Shown: piece by piece, positions 38,876 through 48,704 of the stretch
How positions within the stretch are numbered: the stretch's first letter is position 1
Layout: each line of letters begins with the position of its first letter
Origin: a virus
Lineage: Duplodnaviria > Caudoviricetes
Length of the DNA stretch: 57,201 bases
Virus record (IMG/VR): IMGVR_UViG_3300036766_001162
Span: 1-57,201 of that record
Reading direction: 5' to 3' (one strand)
Notes under the pieces: model-generated
Database searches by the model: none
The model's input: only the letters and a program-made list of their open reading frames with translations
What the model was told of the DNA's origin: nothing
Made by a program: the position numbers and the translations under genes

Positions 38876-41511
38876 GGGAGGACGCCCACCGCGCCGCTCT
38901 TGAGCGTGCCATGCCGCAGGAGCGGCGGCATGGTCGTCGGCGGGACGGTGCTGGTCGTGGACGTCGTAGAAGTCGAGGTCGAGGTCGTCGCTCCGGGCAC
39001 GGTGCTCGAGGTCGTCGAGCTGGTGGAACTTACGCTCGTTGAGGTCGTGGTCGTGACCGTCGTTGACGTCGAGGTCGTCGAGCTGGTGGAGCTCACACTC
39101 GTTGAGGTCGTGGTGGTAACCGTCGTTGATGTCGTCCCCGAGGCGACCCCCTGGTAAGCGCCCATGCTCCACTGACCCGCAGGCCGAGCGATACCAAGGA
39201 CGTCCGTGGAGAACCCTAAGGCGCTGAGATCGAGCCCGGTCTGGTACGCTGGACTCGCGAGCTGAATGCTGAGATTGCTATACGGCGTGACGAACAGTGG
39301 ATCGACGTTCAACGAATGCGTTTCATTGGCCGCGTTGGAGTTGAACGTCCGAAGGCCAGTCTGGAAGGCGGAATACGTCGTATAGGTGGTGTTCCCTACC
39401 TTCCAGACGCCATTGATCCCACCCCAGTCATTGTAGTCGATGTCCGTCTGCCCGGCGAAGACGGGGTCAATCTGGAGTAGCGGGAATTGCCCAGCCGAGG
39501 TCGTATCGCGGACCATGATGTTGTTCTTGAACAGAAACTTTGAGCCGTCCGCGCCGTCCATCGTCCAGTTTGGATAGGCCGTGGCCCAAAACTGGATGAT
39601 CGCCCCGACTCCCGGTGAACGAGCATCGCCCTTCACATGGAACGTGTTGTTGACGATCATGCCAGCAGTCGCGGGTTTGCCCAGGGTCCCCACACCGCCT
39701 GGGGCGATGAACGTGCCAGTTTGCAACGAATTATTGTAGACGTTCTCGAACACGTTGTTCCGAATAATCGCGCCCTTGTCCGAGGCATTCGGGAATCGCG
39801 TCGGAATGGCCAGCGAGAGTTGCTGTCCTAACGCGCCACACCCTCCGATGGACTGGCAGTGGGACACCAGCATGGGTGGATAGAGACTGCCATCGCCCGC
39901 GTAGAACATGCGCCCCATGTCCACGCGGTTATTCTCAAACAGCAGATCGCCGCTGCCTTCCTCAAAGAAGGACAGCAACCCGCCGTCGTGGAGGTAACAG
40001 TTGCGAATCGTCTGGCCGTTGGAGGTCGTGATGAATTGGCCATCTGTGTCGCCCCCTCCTCCCAGTGGACCCCAATGTGAAGGGAAATGCGTGCCCCACG
40101 CGGCATAGCCTGGTGGTGGCCAGGACGGCTGGACCTGATTCGTGTAGGCATTCGGCGTCAGCGTGGTGCCCCCCGAAAGCCCGTTCGGCATGGCATACGG
40201 CGCATCGCCCATTTCCTCATTCTCAAAGAGGATATTGGTAAACCGATCCTTCGGGCCGTTGCCGATGAAATGGACCGCTTCATTCCCATCTGTCCCGTGG
40301 ATTGCCCCTCGGCGGAACGCGATATTCCGGACGACATTCGACCCGTTGATGCCCCATCCGAGCACTAAGTACGAATCGCCTCTATTGATAGGCGGAAAGT
40401 TGGAACCGTTCGCAACGCCCTTCGCCACGTAGGCGCCGCCCGCATACGCCCGGGACGTATACCCCAGGTCGGAATCTTCAAACGTCAGGTGATCGGCGTT
40501 CTTCAGGATCAGGATGTCGCTGAGTGCCCACCGAAAGAAGAATTTCCGTCCGTTGTTGTTGTTCGTAAACGTCACGTATTGCAGTGTCGTGGAGGTTCCC
40601 GCATCGTTCGTGACGTCATTGTAGAAGAGGTTCGGCATGATCGGGAACTCGACGGGTCCGAAGGTGGAATCCCCGACACTCGATGGCGACGCCCCAGTCT
40701 CCGTCTGCACGTAGATGCGAGAGTTGGTACAGGCGCCCGTCCCCAGCCCCGTGCAACACCAGAATGGCGTGCGGGACGCAGTGCACATGTTCTGGAGTCC
40801 ATGGCCGGTCCCAAAGTCCTGCGTCGCCGGGAGCGTCGGATACGGGAGCACCTGCGCATGTCCAGCCGTGAACGTTGGCATTTTGATCTGGTCGCTGCCG
40901 GCTTGCGCATAGAGACGTTCGTAAATCTTCGGGGCACCCCCTGGCGTGGTCGAGGGCTGATAGGCCACCCCGGCCGCGTATCCGTATATATAGATGCCGT
41001 TGTTATCCGCCGCCGCCCTGGTCCACCAGACCCCGGGCATATCGGTACACGTTCCCCCGTCACACTCAGTCGCCGTGTCGCAGGCGGCGTCGATGTGGGA
41101 ACCAGTTGTACACTTGCGCGCCTGCGTCCAGGCCGGAACACCACAGAGTCCCGACCGTGCTCCACCATGGAACTCGACATCGCCCGGTTGCGAGGTATCC
41201 ACGCTCACCGTGATGGGTTGCCCAGATAGACCACCGGGACCCCAAATGCGCGTGATCAAGTACCCCATGCCATCACAGACGGCGTACCGGCCAGGTCGAA
41301 AGAACACCGTGTCACCGGGATGGATCGTCGCGGTGTTCAGCGCCGTGATAAACTTGAACCAGGTTCGCCACGGCGCGAGTGCTGTTCCCGCGCTGGCATC
41401 GTTCCCAGTCGCGGCATCCACGTAATACGTGGTCGCGCGCGCTACGCTCGCCCAGAGGAGGAGGACAGCCGTACACACGCCGCCTCGCCGCCACGTCGTG
41501 TCCCTGCTCAT
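38872..41511 (-). CDS. Signal-peptide-bearing right-handed beta-helix protein with a Thr/Ser-rich tail (879 aa)
   Basis: AVLLLWASVARA|TTYYVD..GND..GT..PW, IRNNVF/IVNNTF/FKNNI repeats, VDPLF, SMGAYQ, TS-rich linker. Confidence 0.85.
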   Translation of the reverse strand: MSRDTTWRRGGVCTAVLLLWASVARATTYYVDAATGNDASAGTALAPWRTWFKFITALNTATIHPGDTVFFRPGRYAVCDGMGYLITRIWGPGGLSGQPITVSVDTSQPGDVEFHGGARSGLCGVPAWTQARKCTTGSHIDAACDTATECDGGTCTDMPGVWWTRAAADNNGIYIYGYAAGVAYQPSTTPGGAPKIYERLYAQAGSDQIKMPTFTAGHAQVLPYPTLPATQDFGTGHGLQNMCTASRTPFWCCTGLGTGACTNSRIYVQTETGASPSSVGDSTFGPVEFPIMPNLFYNDVTNDAGTSTTLQYVTFTNNNNGRKFFFRWALSDILILKNADHLTFEDSDLGYTSRAYAGGAYVAKGVANGSNFPPINRGDSYLVLGWGINGSNVVRNIAFRRGAIHGTDGNEAVHFIGNGPKDRFTNILFENEEMGDAPYAMPNGLSGGTTLTPNAYTNQVQPSWPPPGYAAWGTHFPSHWGPLGGGGDTDGQFITTSNGQTIRNCYLHDGGLLSFFEEGSGDLLFENNRVDMGRMFYAGDGSLYPPMLVSHCQSIGGCGALGQQLSLAIPTRFPNASDKGAIIRNNVFENVYNNSLQTGTFIAPGGVGTLGKPATAGMIVNNTFHVKGDARSPGVGAIIQFWATAYPNWTMDGADGSKFLFKNNIMVRDTTSAGQFPLLQIDPVFAGQTDIDYNDWGGINGVWKVGNTTYTTYSAFQTGLRTFNSNAANETHSLNVDPLFVTPYSNLSIQLASPAYQTGLDLSALGFSTDVLGIARPAGQWSMGAYQGVASGTTSTTVTTTTSTSVSSTSSTTSTSTTVTTTTSTSVSSTSSTTSSTVPGATTSTSTSTTSTTSTVPPTTMPPLLRHGTLKSGAVGVLP
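39008..39133 (+). repeat. Two imperfect 63-bp tandem units encoding the Thr/Ser linker
   Basis: 39008-39070 resembles 39071-39133. Confidence 0.85.
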
Positions 41512-42890
41512 GGCGCGGTGAAATTGCAGGCCGGCAGCGTGCAATCATGACACTGCGTGTGGTTGCGGCCCATACACTTGCCGTGGAAGGTGTCGCACGA
41601 GCCGGTCGTGCCGCCGCAGTCGGCGTCCGCCGCACATGTCTTGTAGTTGGCCGGCGCCGCTGGGTCGCATTTCGACAGCGCGTGGTCGGGATCGACCGAG
41701 CAGCCGTAGCAGCCGAGCGCGGCCGTCGGCGCGGCCTTGTAGACGAGAAGCCCGTCGAGATAGCCGACGATCGTCTGCCCCGTGGGTCCGAGGCGGAGGG
41801 TCGGAGACGGGTTCGGCGCATAGTTGCCGGGTGGCCCCGTCAGGAGCGTGCCCCCGTCCACACTGATGAACGGACTCGTGCCGTTGTAGCCGCCAAGGAC
41901 GAAATGATAGGAGTCAAGCGGAACGCTGGCCGTGGGCGACGCGCTGAATGTGCTGCCGAAGCGGACAGCAAACTGTGCGACTTGCGATGCCTGCCCATAA
42001 CTGAACTCAAAGCCCGAGGTGTAGTTGTCGTTGAACATCCAACTCGGAAATCCGGACGTGTCGTTGTCCTCGACCCAGCCCATCAGGAAGAATGGGGCCG
42101 TCGGCGCGAGAAGCGCCGAGGCCGAACCGGGACCCGATCCGCTCGTGATGTGGCAGGCGCTCGAACCCTGCATCTTGGTCGAACTGTCGTAGGTCGGCGT
42201 CCATGTTCCGCCAGTGAGATCGCAGTTTGCCGGTGTCCCGCCGCAGGACGAAGCGCCACCGTGGTTCTGCGTGTCGCCGTCGCACGTATACCACCCGATC
42301 GTGTTCGCCTTATTGGTGAGGTCAGTCTCCTGCGACAGGATCGTCGTCGAGGTCGTCGAGGTGCTCGTGGTCGTCGTGACCGTAGTGCTTGAGGTGGAGG
42401 TGCTGGTTGAGGTCGTGGCCCCCGGCACGGTGCTTGAGGTTGTGGACGTGCTACTGGTCGACGTGGTGCTGCTGCTGGTCGACGTCGTGGTCGTCGGCAC
42501 CGCCGGGCTCGCACAGGTGAGGAGCCCATTTGCGTCGAACAAGACCGCCTGCCCCGTGCAGAGGGAATTCCCGACATCGCCCGCCGGGAGCGACCCGTTC
42601 TCGGGATTGAGGACGATACGCCGCGTGCCCGGCGTGATCCCAGTATCGGGCATGCAGATTTGCACCCAGCCGCCGCCCGCCCCGATCGATTCCTTCAGGG
42701 TGACGCAGCCGCCGTGCGTGGCGTCGGGGTCACAGTCCACGAACTTGTCGCCCAGCTGGCAGAGCGTGATACCCGTCCCGGCATCTTTCCCGACGCCTTT
42801 GATGCCTGGGGCAGGGATGAACTGCGCACTGACGACGGTCGCCACCAGGAGCCCCACGAGCACCGCGATCCGCATGGTTCGCATCGTCAT
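41508..42890 (-). CDS. Signal-peptide-bearing Cys-rich protein with a Thr/Ser linker and LamG-like domain (460 aa)
   Basis: MRIAVLVGLLVATVVSA|QF; TS linker; FFLMGWV..YHFVLG..ISVDG..GYLDGLLVY. Confidence 0.8.
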   Translation of the reverse strand: MTMRTMRIAVLVGLLVATVVSAQFIPAPGIKGVGKDAGTGITLCQLGDKFVDCDPDATHGGCVTLKESIGAGGGWVQICMPDTGITPGTRRIVLNPENGSLPAGDVGNSLCTGQAVLFDANGLLTCASPAVPTTTTSTSSSTTSTSSTSTTSSTVPGATTSTSTSTSSTTVTTTTSTSTTSTTILSQETDLTNKANTIGWYTCDGDTQNHGGASSCGGTPANCDLTGGTWTPTYDSSTKMQGSSACHITSGSGPGSASALLAPTAPFFLMGWVEDNDTSGFPSWMFNDNYTSGFEFSYGQASQVAQFAVRFGSTFSASPTASVPLDSYHFVLGGYNGTSPFISVDGGTLLTGPPGNYAPNPSPTLRLGPTGQTIVGYLDGLLVYKAAPTAALGCYGCSVDPDHALSKCDPAAPANYKTCAADADCGGTTGSCDTFHGKCMGRNHTQCHDCTLPACNFTAP

Positions 42891-42895
42891 TCCCC

Positions 42896-43531
42896 TCACC
42901 CCTTCACGCTCCGCAGCGTCAGTTTCTGGAGCGCCCACAGGTCGAGCATGAAGTTCTCGAAGTCCGCCTCATCCGCTTCGAAGCGCACGCGGAAGTAGAA
43001 GCTGCCGGTCACCACGATCGGCGCGAACGCGGCGGGCGGACTCGCGAAGTGCAGCCACCCATCCTGCGGGCTGTTGAGCGTCGGCGACGCGCCGCTGCCG
43101 CCCACCGTCACGGTGAATCCCGTCGCGTTGATCGCGCCCACCGGCTCGGCGAAGCTGGAGGCGGACCCCGCCAGCGTGCGGATCATCGGGAAGTCCGTCG
43201 TCACTGCATCGCCGGTCGCGATCGTCTGGGTCGTCACACGATAGTCGGTCGGGTCCGTGAACCAGAACGGCTCGAAGCTCCCGCGCCGTGCGAGGAAGAA
43301 CGCGCAGAGGTTCCGGAGTTCGTCCGCGGGGGCCGTCGGGGCCACATTGCTCCGGACCGACCGATCGTCCCGGAGCACGTTCCACGTGAGATCGAAGCGG
43401 TAGATCGGGTACGTCCAGAAGGCCGCGCGCCGTTCCTGCCCCGAGGCACTCGTCTGCACGCGCGTCGCGAAGAACGGACGCTTGTGCACCGACCAGCCGA
43501 GCCCCGGCAACGTCGGGAAGACCGCCGCCAT
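42896..43531 (-). CDS. DUF2460 distal tail protein
   Basis: PFFATRVQTSASGQERR, FFLARRG..FWFTDP, FRVRFE.D. Confidence 0.9.
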   Translation of the reverse strand: MAAVFPTLPGLGWSVHKRPFFATRVQTSASGQERRAAFWTYPIYRFDLTWNVLRDDRSVRSNVAPTAPADELRNLCAFFLARRGSFEPFWFTDPTDYRVTTQTIATGDAVTTDFPMIRTLAGSASSFAEPVGAINATGFTVTVGGSGASPTLNSPQDGWLHFASPPAAFAPIVVTGSFYFRVRFEADEADFENFMLDLWALQKLTLRSVKG

Positions 43532-46230
43532 CAGGGGCGGGCCCCATTGCGCTCCCGTTCGACCCGCCGCATCGCCTGCCAGAGCTCGCGGCGGTTCTCC
43601 ATCAGCACGCGCTTCACCGACGCGCCGTCCATCGCGTAGATCGTCGCGTGGAACTGCGTGCCGCCGCCCGGCTCCGTCATGGTCCGCACGCGGTCGGCCA
43701 GCTCCGGCGAGAGCACCATCTCGCGGAAGTGCAGCCGGGAAATCTGGTCGCGGTCGACCTCGCCGCCGTGCGCGAAGCCGCCGCCGCCTCCCCCGGAACT
43801 CCCCGTCCCGCCCCCACCCCCCGTGCCGTAGCCCTGCCCCATGTCCGACACTTCGGCGATGAGGCCGCCCGCCATCTGCACCTCGTGGGTGAACAGCGGT
43901 GTGCCGGCGTGGTTGAAGACCTCCATCTTCTGGTTGCCCACGTTCTGCACCGGCATCGCCGTGCCGTTGGCCGGGGCGACCGCGACCTGGCCGTGCACCT
44001 TGTGCACGCTGGTCGTGATCGGCGTGCCACTATCGGTGACGGCCACCGGGTGCCGCGTGCTCGCGATCTCGACGGGCGTGGCCTTGCCGCCCCCACCGGC
44101 GACCACGCCGCCACTCTGGTAGCTACCACTCGCCGCCAGTGTCCGGATGACGTTCGCCTGCTCCGCCGGCAGCACCATCTCGCGGGGATGAAGCTGGGCG
44201 ACGGGCGACTCGTTCCCGAGGTCCGCGCCCCCTTCCGCGCTGATCGCGGCATAGGCGGTGATGCCCGCGAAGACGACGGCCGCGGCGGCGATCCCGAGGA
44301 TGGCCCCGATGTAGCCGAAGCTCTTCGTGAGCGCCGCCCAGACGGCCGCGGCGGCACGGGCGGCCGCCATGTAGATCGACTTGATGGTCGCGGCCAGCTC
44401 GACCGCGAGACGCTCGGCCCAGCCGACCACGGAGGCGGCCGTGATCTCGGTCTGCGCCGCCCATTCGACGGCGACCATGATGGCGTGGTCCTTGATCCAG
44501 GTCGCCACCATCTTGATGCCCATGTTGACGAACTCGCCGAGGATCGACTGGCCGACGTTCCGGACCGCGTCTTTCAGCTTGGTCGTGCCCTGGATCATGC
44601 CGTTGATGCTGCGATCGACGGCCTGCTGTGTCGCCTCGAAGACGCCGGTCAACGTCGTCCGCATGATGTTCGCGAGCGACAACTCCTCCTCGAGCTTCTG
44701 CTGCGTCAGGGCGCTCAGGTTGACCGCGTTCTCCTGCTGCGCCCCCTGCGCACGACCGGCGAGTCCGGATTCGGCCACGGGATTCCGCACGCCCTGCTGC
44801 TCCTGCAACACGCGCTCTTGGTCGATCGACGCCTTGATGATCGCGTAGCGTTGGTTCTCCAGATCGATGAGGGCATCGATCTCGGCCTGCTTCGTGATGA
44901 GGCCGCGCTCGAACTGCCCCTGTACTGCGAGCTTCTGCAGTGCGATGGCGTCCGTCTGCGCCTTCGTCTCCTGCTGGAGCCCGTCGATCGCGAGCTTCAA
45001 CCGCTGGTCATTCGCCTCGCGGAAGGCCGTCGTCTCAGTGAGGAGCTGCTTCTGGTACTCCTCCGACTGGGCGCCGAAGAGCCGCCGCACTTCCTCCGAG
45101 TACGCGCGCGCGATCGCGAGCTTCAGGTCCGCGTTGTGCGCGGCATCCGCGAGGGCCGTCGCTTCCTCCGTGCGGAGATGGTCGTAGACCTGCTTCTGCG
45201 CCGCGATGACATCGGTCGCCTTCGGCGGCGGCGTCGGGGCCCCCTTCGTGCCGCTCCCGCCGGACGCGCCCAGCGACATGCCGCCGGCCTCCGCGAGCGG
45301 CGCAGTGGTCTCCCCGAACGGAGCCGCGAAGCCATAGTATTCGGCGGCCTTGTTGACCGCCTGCGACATCCAGCCAACGAGTTGGCGCCATTCGTCCGCC
45401 AGCCAGTGCACGCCGTCCTTCAGGAACCCCACGATGTCGCCGAGCCACCCGAGCTGATTCCCGATGAAGCGGATCGTGTCCCCGCCGCCGAACAACTCCG
45501 CCATGAGCTTCTTCCACTCGTTCCCGAGCGAGCCCCAGGCGTCCTCCATCTCCTTCGCGGTCTTGGCCTCCTGATCCGAGACCACGCGCGCCTGCCCGAG
45601 CCACTGGCGCATCGCCTCGGGGCCTTCGGCGATGAGCAGGTTGAGCGTCTGATAGCCGCGGCCCAGCAACTCGTTCGCGATCACGTTCCGCTGTGCGCCG
45701 GCGTCGTACTGCGCGAACGCATCCACGACGGCGAGGAGTTGTGCCGTGGCGCCCTGCTTCATGAGGTCGCCGGCGTGCTGCGACGAGATGCCGACCGCCT
45801 CGAAGTTGGCGCGGGCGTCGCCGCTCTTGGTGGCCGCTTCCTCGAGCCGCTGTTGCAGGATGCGGACGGTGCGGCCGAGCTCGTCGGCATCCACGCCTGC
45901 CTGCTGGGACGCGAACGCGAAGCGCGACATCTCCTCCGTCGTGTCCCCGTAGCGGACCGCCAGGTTCCGCATGGCGAGGTCGTGCGAGATGACCGCGCCG
46001 ATGGTGCCCTCGAAGAGGCGCTTCACCCCTTCGAAGACCTTCCCCATCAACTCGAGCGCCTCGTTGACGAGGAGCACTTGGCCGCCGACCCCTTCGAACG
46101 CACTCCCGAGGCGCCCGAGGCTCGAGCGCATGTCGTCGGTCGTCGACGCGGTGTGGCTCGCCGCATCCGACATCCCCGACTTGAAGTCGGACGTGGTCGC
46201 GGTGACCTTGACGTCGATCTGGTCAGCCAT
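43531..46230 (-). CDS. Tape measure protein
   Basis: 899 aa, helical and Ala-rich; lies between the chaperones and the distal tail gene. Confidence 0.9.
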   Translation of the reverse strand: MADQIDVKVTATTSDFKSGMSDAASHTASTTDDMRSSLGRLGSAFEGVGGQVLLVNEALELMGKVFEGVKRLFEGTIGAVISHDLAMRNLAVRYGDTTEEMSRFAFASQQAGVDADELGRTVRILQQRLEEAATKSGDARANFEAVGISSQHAGDLMKQGATAQLLAVVDAFAQYDAGAQRNVIANELLGRGYQTLNLLIAEGPEAMRQWLGQARVVSDQEAKTAKEMEDAWGSLGNEWKKLMAELFGGGDTIRFIGNQLGWLGDIVGFLKDGVHWLADEWRQLVGWMSQAVNKAAEYYGFAAPFGETTAPLAEAGGMSLGASGGSGTKGAPTPPPKATDVIAAQKQVYDHLRTEEATALADAAHNADLKLAIARAYSEEVRRLFGAQSEEYQKQLLTETTAFREANDQRLKLAIDGLQQETKAQTDAIALQKLAVQGQFERGLITKQAEIDALIDLENQRYAIIKASIDQERVLQEQQGVRNPVAESGLAGRAQGAQQENAVNLSALTQQKLEEELSLANIMRTTLTGVFEATQQAVDRSINGMIQGTTKLKDAVRNVGQSILGEFVNMGIKMVATWIKDHAIMVAVEWAAQTEITAASVVGWAERLAVELAATIKSIYMAAARAAAAVWAALTKSFGYIGAILGIAAAAVVFAGITAYAAISAEGGADLGNESPVAQLHPREMVLPAEQANVIRTLAASGSYQSGGVVAGGGGKATPVEIASTRHPVAVTDSGTPITTSVHKVHGQVAVAPANGTAMPVQNVGNQKMEVFNHAGTPLFTHEVQMAGGLIAEVSDMGQGYGTGGGGGTGSSGGGGGGFAHGGEVDRDQISRLHFREMVLSPELADRVRTMTEPGGGTQFHATIYAMDGASVKRVLMENRRELWQAMRRVERERNGARP

Positions 46231-46233
46231 GGA

Positions 46234-46527
46234 TCACCGTGCGCCGTTCGTGCCTGCGGCCATGCCGCTCGCGTGTTCCAACTCGTCGAAGAACGGCCCG
46301 AAGTCCGCGGGCGCATCGGGCGCCCCAGCGGGCGTCACATGCCGCAGCTTCGGCTTGATGCCGAGGTAGCGCGCGACGAGCAGCGCGATCGGGGGCACGT
46401 CCTCCCAGAAGGCTTGGAGGGCCCGGAGCCGCGGCAGCGTCAGGTGGTGCTCGACGTACTCGGGCGTCCAGCCAGTAAACGCGGCCACGCGCATGTACAG
46501 CTCGTCGAAGTCTAGGGGCTCGCCCCC
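46234..46527 (-). CDS. Tail assembly chaperone frameshift extension (GT-like)
   Basis: The -1 frame reads GGEPLDFDELYMRVAAFTGWTPEYVEHHLTLPRL...; G5 run just before the upstream stop. Confidence 0.65.
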   Translation of the reverse strand, partial: GGEPLDFDELYMRVAAFTGWTPEYVEHHLTLPRLRALQAFWEDVPPIALLVARYLGIKPKLRHVTPAGAPDAPADFGPFFDELEHASGMAAGTNGAR

Positions 46528-46838
46528 GCCGCCTTGAGACGTTCCACGAGGCCACTCGCCCCCATGACGGCTGCGAGCGCGATCTGAATGTTGGCCGCGT
46601 CGAGCAACTCGTCCCGCACGTGCTCGGGCGTCAGGTCTGGGTAGTTCCGCTGGAGCGCCGCATGGATGACGTCCACCGCCGTGTCGCGGTCCTCCTTGTT
46701 GAAGAGGACGTTCCCGCTCTGGAGCTTCCCGAGGGCGTCTTGCCGTCGGTCGATCTGCCCGAGCGTGAGCGGCGGCACGGTGTAGATCGTGCCATCCGCG
46801 AACTCGACCGCGATGCCCTTGTGCCGCATGTCGGCCAC
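46512..46838 (-). CDS. Tail assembly chaperone (G-like)
   Basis: YTVPPLTLGQ..IHAALQRNYPD; lies between the tail tube and TMP genes. Confidence 0.8.
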   Translation of the reverse strand: MADMRHKGIAVEFADGTIYTVPPLTLGQIDRRQDALGKLQSGNVLFNKEDRDTAVDVIHAALQRNYPDLTPEHVRDELLDAANIQIALAAVMGASGLVERLKAAGASP

Positions 46839-46847
46839 GACCCCTCC

Positions 46848-47591
46848 CTACTCCGCCGAGGACCAGTCGAAGACGATGCCGCCTGCGTCCGCGAACGCCT
46901 GGAAGTCGAACTCGGGGATCATGAAGTCCTCGAGCTTCGACTGGAGCGTCAGCTTGGACGCGATGCACTGGCGCAGCCGCACGAACAGCGGCTTCCCGGC
47001 CCGCTGCCCCTGGAACGTCACCGAGAAGAACGGCGAGGTGCCGAGCAGCTGGTTGTCGTAGACGAAGCTGCCCTTGGTCGCGACGGTGGTCGTGTAGCGG
47101 TACGAGATGTAGACGGGCCCCTGCGTGTTCGCGAACGTGTAGACGCCCGTCGAGTTGTTGACCATGTAGGAGACGCCCGCGACCGGCGCTGAGGCGACCA
47201 GGCTCATCTGGAGGCCCGTCGTCGCGTCGAGACACCCCTCGTCGACGAAGCCCGTGGTGTTGGACGCCGTCGCCGTCGGCGGCGGGCCGCCGGCGGGGGT
47301 CTTCGGCTCGTTCGTGATGCCGATGGTCTCGGTCGTCCCGGGCGCCGTCGTCGGCTGGAAGAAGATGTCGGCCAGGAGCGCGCCGTTGATGTTGGCGGCC
47401 TTGGCCTTGCCCGTGAGCTTCGCCGTGCCACGGCCCACGTCGACCGGGAACTGGTACTGGCCGTACAGCTCCTTCACCGTCCATGTGAAGTCGAGCGAGC
47501 ACTCTTGCAGCGTGCCGAACTGCCGCGGCGTCTGCGTCCCCGCGGCCGTGTTGACCGCGAACAGGTTGCCGGACCCGAAGAACGTCTGCAT
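46848..47591 (-). CDS. Major tail (tube) protein
   Basis: FGSGNLF..FGTLQE..KELYGQYQFP..DFMIPEFDF; position. Confidence 0.8.
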   Translation of the reverse strand: MQTFFGSGNLFAVNTAAGTQTPRQFGTLQECSLDFTWTVKELYGQYQFPVDVGRGTAKLTGKAKAANINGALLADIFFQPTTAPGTTETIGITNEPKTPAGGPPPTATASNTTGFVDEGCLDATTGLQMSLVASAPVAGVSYMVNNSTGVYTFANTQGPVYISYRYTTTVATKGSFVYDNQLLGTSPFFSVTFQGQRAGKPLFVRLRQCIASKLTLQSKLEDFMIPEFDFQAFADAGGIVFDWSSAE

Positions 47592-47594
47592 GAC

Positions 47595-47771
47595 CTACTC
47601 CTCCACCTTCCCCGCGGGCGCCCCGAGGGCGGCGCTGAAACGGGCCTTCAGGTCGTCGAGCGCGGCCTCCCAGACCCGGTTCACTTCGTTGCCGGCGCGC
47701 GTCACCGCCGAGTCGCGAATCTTCTCCGCTACCCAGGCATCGATCACCGCGGCCGCTGCTGCTGGCGTCAT
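47595..47771 (-). CDS. Small hypothetical protein
   Basis: GGAGG RBS; fills the gap between neighbours. Confidence 0.6.
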   Translation of the reverse strand: MTPAAAAAVIDAWVAEKIRDSAVTRAGNEVNRVWEAALDDLKARFSAALGAPAGKVEE

Positions 47772-47781
47772 GCCGCCTCCT

Positions 47782-48213
47782 TCATGGGCCGACCACGATC
47801 TCGAACGGGACCAGCGCCACGGCCTGATCGCCGAGCGAGCCGTCGTCCCGGATGATCGGTCCCGGGCCGAGCCGCACCACGTCGACCAGGCCGCCGAGCG
47901 TCTGCGGCTGCCCGAGGACATCCGCCGCCAGCACCGTCTCGATCGGATCGAGGAGCGCGGAGAGCACCGTCGAGGGCGCCACGGTCCGATCCGCCGTGTT
48001 CGCGTACACGTAGAGCTCCCCGTGGACCGTCCACTTCACCGCCGCGGCGGACTTGAGGTACTCCGGCACCTCGTGCAGCACCGCCAGGAAGAGCGCCGGC
48101 TGCTGATTCGGCGGCACGTCCGCCCAGTGCTGCACCCGTCGGCTCTTGGTCACCCAGCGCGCATCCGCCGCGAGGAGCGCCCAGAGCGCCGCCAGGATGG
48201 GTTCCCGGGTCAC
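47782..48213 (-). CDS. Tail terminator/completion protein
   Basis: REPILAAL..QPALF..QTLGGLV; position. Confidence 0.7.
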   Translation of the reverse strand: MTREPILAALWALLAADARWVTKSRRVQHWADVPPNQQPALFLAVLHEVPEYLKSAAAVKWTVHGELYVYANTADRTVAPSTVLSALLDPIETVLAADVLGQPQTLGGLVDVVRLGPGPIIRDDGSLGDQAVALVPFEIVVGP

Positions 48214-48704
48214 GCATGCACCGCCTCGGCAATCCCGGCCCGGAGTCCGTCGAGAATCGCCGGCCGCTGCTCGGTAAGCGCGCTCCGCAAGAACGATCGC
48301 TCGGGGAGGTGCAGGCGGCGCGTATGCGCGCGCACGCTGACGCTGACGGGTGCGATCGCGTGTCCGAAGGCGTTCGACACCGTGCGGGTGTGTGCCGGGA
48401 CGCTAACGGTTCCCGTGAAGCCGTACTCATGCGCGCGGCCGTAGACGACCGTCGGGCCGCTGAAGATGCCGACGCGGCCGGTCACCGTGTCCCCGCTCGC
48501 GGTCACCGTCTCCGCGATCGAGGCGCGGAGGTGCCCGGTGCGGTTCTTCAGCACCTGCCCCGAGAGTTTCGCCTCCTTGACGGTCCGTTGGAGCCCCAGC
48601 ATGAGGCGGGTCATCACAGGCTGCAGGCGCTGCACGAGCACGCCCGGGAGCGCCCGGAACCGCTCGATCAGCTCGCGGTCGCCCACCACCGTGACGGTGA
48701 TCAT
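48210..48704 (-). CDS. HK97 gp10-like neck protein
   Basis: RTGHLRASI, YGRAHEYG, PERSFLRSAL. Confidence 0.8.
   Translation of the reverse strand: MITVTVVGDRELIERFRALPGVLVQRLQPVMTRLMLGLQRTVKEAKLSGQVLKNRTGHLRASIAETVTASGDTVTGRVGIFSGPTVVYGRAHEYGFTGTVSVPAHTRTVSNAFGHAIAPVSVSVRAHTRRLHLPERSFLRSALTEQRPAILDGLRAGIAEAVHA

Noticed and set aside
43648-46515. 955-aa + strand ORF
   Set aside because: Shadow of the tape measure gene in GC-rich DNA.
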